From: Candidatus Odinarchaeota archaeon
Lineage (GTDB): Archaea > Asgardarchaeota > Odinarchaeia > Odinarchaeales > Odinarchaeaceae
Length of the DNA: 32,000 bases
Reading direction: 5' to 3'
NCBI GenBank assembly: GCA_038826135.1
Contig: JAWBON010000001.1
Location: forward strand, 22,812-54,811
A program made the position numbers and the translations under genes. Under the pieces are notes generated by a model. It was not told where the DNA came from, did no database searches, and saw nothing but the letters and a program-made list of their open reading frames with translations. Below, piece after piece: positions 27,347 through 32,000 of this stretch; position 1 is the stretch's first letter, and each line of letters starts with the position of its first letter.

Positions 27347-28603
27347 CTAAAGATCCCTCGGATCGGTTATTCTACCAGTTACAGCTGAAGCTGCAACAGT
27401 CGCGGGTGAGGCTAAATACACTTTCGAAGCCGGGTCACCCATTCTCCCTTTAAAGTTACGGTTAGTTGAAGCTATAGCTATCTCACCTTTACCTAACACT
27501 CCCATATGCCCGCCTATGCAGGGCCCGCATGTTGGTGTTGAAACCGCGGCTCCTGCTTTAAGGAATATTTTCAGCAAACCGTTTTCAAGGGCTTTCATAT
27601 ATATTTTCTGTGTAGCTGGAATTATTATCAACCTCACGTTAGGGGCAATCCTTTTATCTCTTAAAATTCTCGCTGCAACCTGTAGATCAGAGTATCTGCC
27701 GCCTGTGCATGAGCCTATAACAGCTTGATCTATTTCAATATTATTCAGCTCCCTGGCGTTTTTAATATTAGAGGGCAGGTATGGCTCCGCGACTGTAGGC
27801 TCTATTTTCTCTGCTTCAAAATCTATAATCTCCTTATAATCCGCATCCTCATCGCTTTTAAACACGTTGAAGCCTCCTCTAACCCTGCTTTCAACATATT
27901 CTATTGTTTTCTCATCAGGGTTGATTACACCATTCTTAGCCCCCGCTTCAATCGCCATATTGCAGAGCACAAATCTCTCATCCATTGATAGACTTCTCAC
28001 CGTGCTCCCGTCAAACTCCATCGCCATATATAAAGCTCCGTCAACACCTATTCTCCCTATTATGTTTAAAATAACGTCCTTAGCGTAAACGAATCGTTTA
28101 AGCCTACCGTTTACATTAAATTTCACTGTTTCAGGAACCCTGAACCAGCATTTACCTGTAGCGAAAACCGCAGCCATTTCAGTTGTCCCTATTCCTGTGG
28201 CGAAAGCTCCAACAGCTCCATGTGTACATGTGTGACTGTCAGTCCCCACTATAACTATTCCAGGTCTAGCGAACCCCTCCTCAGGTAACATTACATGACA
28301 GATACCATGACTGCCTATCGGATAGTAATTTTTAATTCCCTGCTCTCGTACGAATTTATCCATTTCAAGGTAAAGATTCGCTGCTTCAATATCCTTTGCG
28401 GGTATAAAATGATCGGGAGTAACAACTATCTTGCTTCTATCCCATACTTGTTTTAAACCGATCTTTCTAAACTCGTTAGCAACCGGGCCGCAGAGTACAT
28501 CATGAGTTAACGCTATATCGATCTCTGCGTTCACAATCTCCCCTGGAGAGGTCTTCTTAAGCCCGCTTGCTTTAGCAAGTATTTTCTCGGTTATCGTAGG
28601 CAT
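27347..28603 (-). CDS. leuC: 3-isopropylmalate dehydratase large subunit (archaeal LeuC/HacA type)
   Basis: HD, GICH, GTDSHTCTHGA, CNMAIEAGAK, Fe-S ligands GSCTGGR and CGPCIG, STNRNFKGRMG. The ATG at 28603 follows an AAGGTG SD (ORF track 28612). Confidence 0.9.
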   Translation of the reverse strand: MPTITEKILAKASGLKKTSPGEIVNAEIDIALTHDVLCGPVANEFRKIGLKQVWDRSKIVVTPDHFIPAKDIEAANLYLEMDKFVREQGIKNYYPIGSHGICHVMLPEEGFARPGIVIVGTDSHTCTHGAVGAFATGIGTTEMAAVFATGKCWFRVPETVKFNVNGRLKRFVYAKDVILNIIGRIGVDGALYMAMEFDGSTVRSLSMDERFVLCNMAIEAGAKNGVINPDEKTIEYVESRVRGGFNVFKSDEDADYKEIIDFEAEKIEPTVAEPYLPSNIKNARELNNIEIDQAVIGSCTGGRYSDLQVAARILRDKRIAPNVRLIIIPATQKIYMKALENGLLKIFLKAGAAVSTPTCGPCIGGHMGVLGKGEIAIASTNRNFKGRMGDPASKVYLASPATVAASAVTGRITDPRDL

Positions 28604-28781
28604 ATAATGCACCTTAAAATGAATACAGTTATTAAAATATAACTTTTAGCCTTGATATACTCTACACAGCTTTAGTTTTTCGCAACTTAGCTGATATAGT
28701 TTACTTCACGGGGCAGACATATTCTTAAATATAAATTTTTGATATAATTATTTAGCGATTTAATCGCTTGGAGGTTATCAA

Positions 28782-28841
28782 GTGCCGTCTTGTACAAAAG
28801 GGAAGAAAAAAGAGAAAAAAGAGGAGAAAAAGAAAAAGTAA
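28782..28841 (+). CDS. Candidate 19-aa Lys-rich microprotein MPSCTKGKKKEKKEEKKKK
   Basis: GGAGG 7 nt before a GTG and a TATA-like TTAAATATAAA at 28725-28735. The purine tract reads only as Lys/Glu codons in this frame and ends in TAA. Not in the ORF track. Confidence 0.4.
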   Translation: MPSCTKGKKKEKKEEKKKK

Positions 28842-28994
28842 TTTAGCGGTCGCCTAATTTCCTAAAATACTAATACCACCAATAACTCTTTTTCTCCTTT
28901 ATTTACAATCAGGTCTTTTAAGTAAATGGGGTGTAATTTTATTTTTATTAATTAACTATCTTTAACTGTTATTTACTATATTGAATCTAGTTTT

Positions 28995-29378
28995 TTATGG
29001 AATAAGCAGTTTCACGTACTCTATTTTATTGCTGGTTATGTAACGGTTTACAAGCTCTTTTATTCTATTTGCATCGCCTTCTATTATGAATATTTCCAAG
29101 CATTTATTCTGTCTTGTTTGACTGTGTATTTGTGTGCGTATTATATCTGTGTATTCGTGTTTTAATTGGCTGACGAAGTTTTCAGCGTCATGGTCGTGTA
29201 TCAGTAATAGGACTGAGTGTATGGTTCCTTCTAGTTTTTCTTTTTCAACGCTGTCTGCTAGTAACATTCTTAAACCAGCTCTTACAAGTTCGGATCGGCC
29301 TGTGAATCCTAGTTCCTTGCGGAGTTTTTCTATTTGGTCGAGTATCCGCTGGTTTAATGATAGGCTGATTATTGGCAT
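28995..29378 (-). CDS. NikR-family (ribbon-helix-helix plus ACT-like) metal-responsive regulator
   Basis: IISLSL...GRSELVRAGLR RHH domain and C-terminal KHEY...IHSQ...KCLE metal-site region. Divergent from the metal ABC operon. Confidence 0.88.
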   Translation of the reverse strand: MPIISLSLNQRILDQIEKLRKELGFTGRSELVRAGLRMLLADSVEKEKLEGTIHSVLLLIHDHDAENFVSQLKHEYTDIIRTQIHSQTRQNKCLEIFIIEGDANRIKELVNRYITSNKIEYVKLLIP

Positions 29379-29382
29379 GATT

Positions 29383-29452
29383 TTAATAAGTTATTAAGTT
29401 ATTTATAAACCTAACCATAATTGTTATTAACAAAATATTTATAAGTTAATAA
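29383..29452. promoter_or_regulatory. Divergent promoter region with TATA-like boxes and inverted repeats (candidate operator)
   Basis: TTTATAAA at 29402-29409 (towards the regulator) and TTTATAAG at 29438-29445 (towards znuA). Inverted repeats TTAATAA-G-TTATTAA (29383-29397) and TTATTAAC-N13-GTTAATAA (29424-29452). Confidence 0.45.
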
Positions 29453-29471
29453 TTAATACTAACTTCCTGAT

Positions 29472-30341
29472 ATGCTAGATAAAAAAACGCTGGGCGGTGT
29501 AATAACACTTCTTATAATAACAACCGCAGGTGTAAGCTCATTTTTAATTCTATCAAACCCTCAAATAAACCCCGCAGGATCCAAGATAAGTATAGCAGTC
29601 ACTATACCGGTTCAGGCTGAAATCGCGGAAATGATCGGCGGAGGGCATGTTAAGGTGACTGTTCTCGTCCCTTCAGGAGCAGACCCACACTCCTACGAGC
29701 CAACTCCAAGCCAGTTAACCGAGCTCAGCGCCGCTCAAATATATTTCTTCATAGGTTCAGGTTTAGAGTTCGAATTAACCTGGTGGGATCAGATAACCTC
29801 TATTAACCCTAATATTCTATTAGTGAACGCCAGTGAAGGAGTAACTATAGAGGATAAAGACCCTCACATATGGACTTCACCGCGTAACGTTAAGATTATG
29901 GCTGAAAACCTGCATAAAGCTCTTTTACAATTGGATCCCTCGAACCAGGTTGACTATGACTCTAATCTGGCAGCTTATCTTAGAGCGCTTGATTTTCTAG
30001 ACAACTATGTTATGGAAAGTCTTGGAAACTATACTAACAGGGTTTTTTTAATATTCCACCCCGCCTTCAACTATTTTGCTAAAGCATACAATTTAACGCA
30101 GATAAGCATAGAGGAGGAAGGGAAACCTGTAACACCTCAATCACTTCAATGGGCTGTGGAAAACGCCAGCTTATATAATTTAACAATCGTGTTCGCGTCA
30201 CCGCAATTTGACACATCCTACGCTGAAACAGTGGCTGAGCAGATAAGCGGCCGCGTGGTTTTACTAAACCATCTGGATGAAAACTATTTTCTCACGATAT
30301 TAAGATTTGTAAGTTATCTTATTGAAGAATTCGAGAGTTAA
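29472..30341 (+). CDS. znuA: Zn/Mn-type ABC transporter substrate-binding protein (ZnuA/AdcA-like)
   Basis: N-terminal TM anchor. DPHSYEP, DPHIW and FHPAF supply three His ligands (Zn-type; PsaA has Glu at the third position). Confidence 0.85.
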   Translation: MLDKKTLGGVITLLIITTAGVSSFLILSNPQINPAGSKISIAVTIPVQAEIAEMIGGGHVKVTVLVPSGADPHSYEPTPSQLTELSAAQIYFFIGSGLEFELTWWDQITSINPNILLVNASEGVTIEDKDPHIWTSPRNVKIMAENLHKALLQLDPSNQVDYDSNLAAYLRALDFLDNYVMESLGNYTNRVFLIFHPAFNYFAKAYNLTQISIEEEGKPVTPQSLQWAVENASLYNLTIVFASPQFDTSYAETVAEQISGRVVLLNHLDENYFLTILRFVSYLIEEFES

Positions 30342-30352
30342 AGGTGATTTAA

Positions 30353-31111
30353 ATGAGTGGAGAGATTGTCTCGATTAAAAATATTTGGGTTAAATACGAC
30401 GGTTACAATGTTTTAGAGGATGTTTCACTATCAATATTTGAACATGATCTTTTAGCGGTTATAGGTGTGAACGGCGGGGGTAAGTCAACGCTTCTTAAAG
30501 TAATTGCTGGTTTAATCAAACCGTTTAAAGGAGAGGTTAAAGTTTTCGGTAACAGTCCTGAGAAAGCCAGAGATTTCATCGGATATTTGCCGCAATATAA
30601 TGTTTTCGATTTAAACTTTCCAATCACAGTTTTAGACGTGGTTTTAACAGGTATTCTCGGTAAAAAACTTCTTTTAAAAAATTACTCTAAAGAAGACCGG
30701 GAGGCTGCTTTCGAAGCCTTGAAAACTGTTAAAATGGCGGGTTTCGAAGATAGGAAGCTGGGTTCATTATCCGGAGGGCAGCTTCAACGTGTATTAATAG
30801 CGAGAGCGATAATTAAAAAACCTAGACTGCTGCTTTTAGACGAGCCGACGTCCAGTCTAGACTCGGATATGCAGAAATCATTTTACGAGCTGCTTTTAGA
30901 ACTTAAAAATAAGATGAGTATAATAATAGTCTCCCATGATATTGGTGTAATATCCTCCTATGTTGATAAAATGGCTTGTTTGAATAAACGCCTATATTAC
31001 CACGGTCCTGTTGAAGGGGCTTTAGCAACTCTGCAAGACGTTTACCAGTGTCCTGTTGAATTGATAGCTCACGGTGTACCTCACAGGGTTTTAGGGAGGC
31101 ATGAGGATTGA
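30353..31111 (+). CDS. znuC: Zn/Mn-type ABC transporter ATP-binding protein
   Basis: Walker [36 protein letters not shown]. Confidence 0.9.
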   Translation: MSGEIVSIKNIWVKYDGYNVLEDVSLSIFEHDLLAVIGVNGGGKSTLLKVIAGLIKPFKGEVKVFGNSPEKARDFIGYLPQYNVFDLNFPITVLDVVLTGILGKKLLLKNYSKEDREAAFEALKTVKMAGFEDRKLGSLSGGQLQRVLIARAIIKKPRLLLLDEPTSSLDSDMQKSFYELLLELKNKMSIIIVSHDIGVISSYVDKMACLNKRLYYHGPVEGALATLQDVYQCPVELIAHGVPHRVLGRHED

Positions 31112-31929
31112 TATTCGAAATTTTCGCATACGGTTTTATGAGGAATGCTTTAATAGCCGCTATACTAGTTAGCATAGCATGCGGGGTTGTGGGGACACTG
31201 GTTGTTTTAAAAAAACTGGTTTTTATGAGCGGCGGCATCTCCCATTCAGCCTTCGGGGGGATTGGGTTAGGCTATCTTCTAGGTTTAAATCCTGTGTTAG
31301 TAGCGGTCCCCTTCAGCATAGCAGCCTCTCTGAGTATAGGTGTGATAGGTAAAAAAACAAGGGTCAGCGAGGATGTATCGATAGGAATAATGTGGGCGGT
31401 TGGCATGGCTGCTGGTATAATATTTGTTAACCTTGCTCCCGGATATGCTCCGGATCTTTTCAGCTACTTGTTCGGTAGTATTCTAACAGTTCCAGTCTTT
31501 GATTTAATGTTAATGTTCATATTAGACATGGTTATATTGATGATATTTCTCCTCTTCCATAAAGAGTTTTATGCAATGTCTTTTGATGAAGAGTTTGCGA
31601 AAGTTTCCGGCGTTCCTGTAAGAGCCTTATACTATACTCTCCTAGGAATGATCGGTCTTAGTGTCGTGATACTGATAAGAGTTGTCGGCATTATACTCGT
31701 TATCGCGCTTTTAACAATCCCAACCGTGATCAGCATGCAATTCACTCACGGAATCAAGAAACTGACGGTTTTATCAACTATACTCGGATTAGCGTCAACG
31801 ATTACAGGTTTATTGCTCTCATATATTTTCAATCTGACATCCGGAGCCACTATAGTGATGGTTTTAGCAGCAGCTTTTTTAATCTCTTCAACTGTTAAAC
31901 GTTTAAAACAGGTAAAAAACGTTTTTTAA
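31108..31929 (+). CDS. znuB: Zn/Mn-type ABC transporter permease
   Basis: [46 protein letters not shown]. Overlaps znuC by 4 nt. Confidence 0.9.
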   Translation: MIFEIFAYGFMRNALIAAILVSIACGVVGTLVVLKKLVFMSGGISHSAFGGIGLGYLLGLNPVLVAVPFSIAASLSIGVIGKKTRVSEDVSIGIMWAVGMAAGIIFVNLAPGYAPDLFSYLFGSILTVPVFDLMLMFILDMVILMIFLLFHKEFYAMSFDEEFAKVSGVPVRALYYTLLGMIGLSVVILIRVVGIILVIALLTIPTVISMQFTHGIKKLTVLSTILGLASTITGLLLSYIFNLTSGATIVMVLAAAFLISSTVKRLKQVKNVF

Positions 31930-32000
31930 ATTAACAAAGCTTATAAATAAATTATTTTATTGAATCTTCTAATCATATTCTTTATTTTCTGATTTGAAGG

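Noticed and set aside
25817-28603. Possible homoaconitase/homoisocitrate dehydrogenase (lysine AAA or coenzyme B) cluster instead of leuCDB
   Set aside because: The small-subunit loop reads RLVY (IPMI-like) rather than YLRT, and no lys genes are adjacent. Broad specificity cannot be excluded.
1040-31238. Numerous 60-175-aa ORFs antisense to or nested in the assigned genes (e.g. 3847-4158, 9858-10169, 17897-18268, 25229-25756, 30903-31238)
   Set aside because: They are shadow frames of well-supported genes, with Ser/Ile/Phe-rich antisense composition, no motifs and no ribosome-binding sites.
31941-32000. Open minus-strand frame running in from the window edge (…PSNQKIKNMIRRFNKIIYL-stop)
   Set aside because: It could be the 3' end of a gene outside the window, but about 19 codons are too few to support a call.

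Overview
AT-rich, tightly packed archaeal chromosomal window. Evidence for archaeal origin: an HMf-type histone, TrmB, Lrp/AsnC and NikR-type regulators, TATA-like promoters, and GGAGG/GGTGA ribosome-binding sites usually 7-8 nt before the start codon. An Asgard or TACK thermophile (e.g. Odinarchaeia) is a plausible source, but that is inference only. Housekeeping content: pyrF, an alanine-type aminotransferase, an ilvB-ilvN-ilvC-ilvE-ilvD operon, a separate leuC-leuD-leuB cluster, and a NikR-like regulator divergent from a ZnuABC-type metal ABC transporter. The ~10 kb between the ilv and leu clusters is accessory: orphan membrane, Cys-rich and coiled-coil proteins, a divergent tusA/dsrE2 <-> dsrEFH sulfur-relay cluster with an Lrp regulator, and a ~1,640-aa protein fusing an (alpha/alpha)6 glycosidase-like barrel to a C-terminal GT4 glycosyltransferase. 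Best leads: (1) a structured ~175-nt ilv leader carrying an SD-led, Ile/Leu-rich uORF that stops 2 nt before ilvB, a candidate archaeal attenuator; (2) the giant glycosidase-like/GT4 fusion; (3) a divergent RtcB-fold protein; (4) a histone with Lys at both hypernucleosome-stacking glycine positions; (5) a coiled-coil gene that probably starts at ATT; (6) a NikR-family protein with an altered metal site and a candidate operator; (7) an unannotated 19-aa Lys-rich microprotein. I found no tRNA, rRNA, CRISPR array or mobile element.
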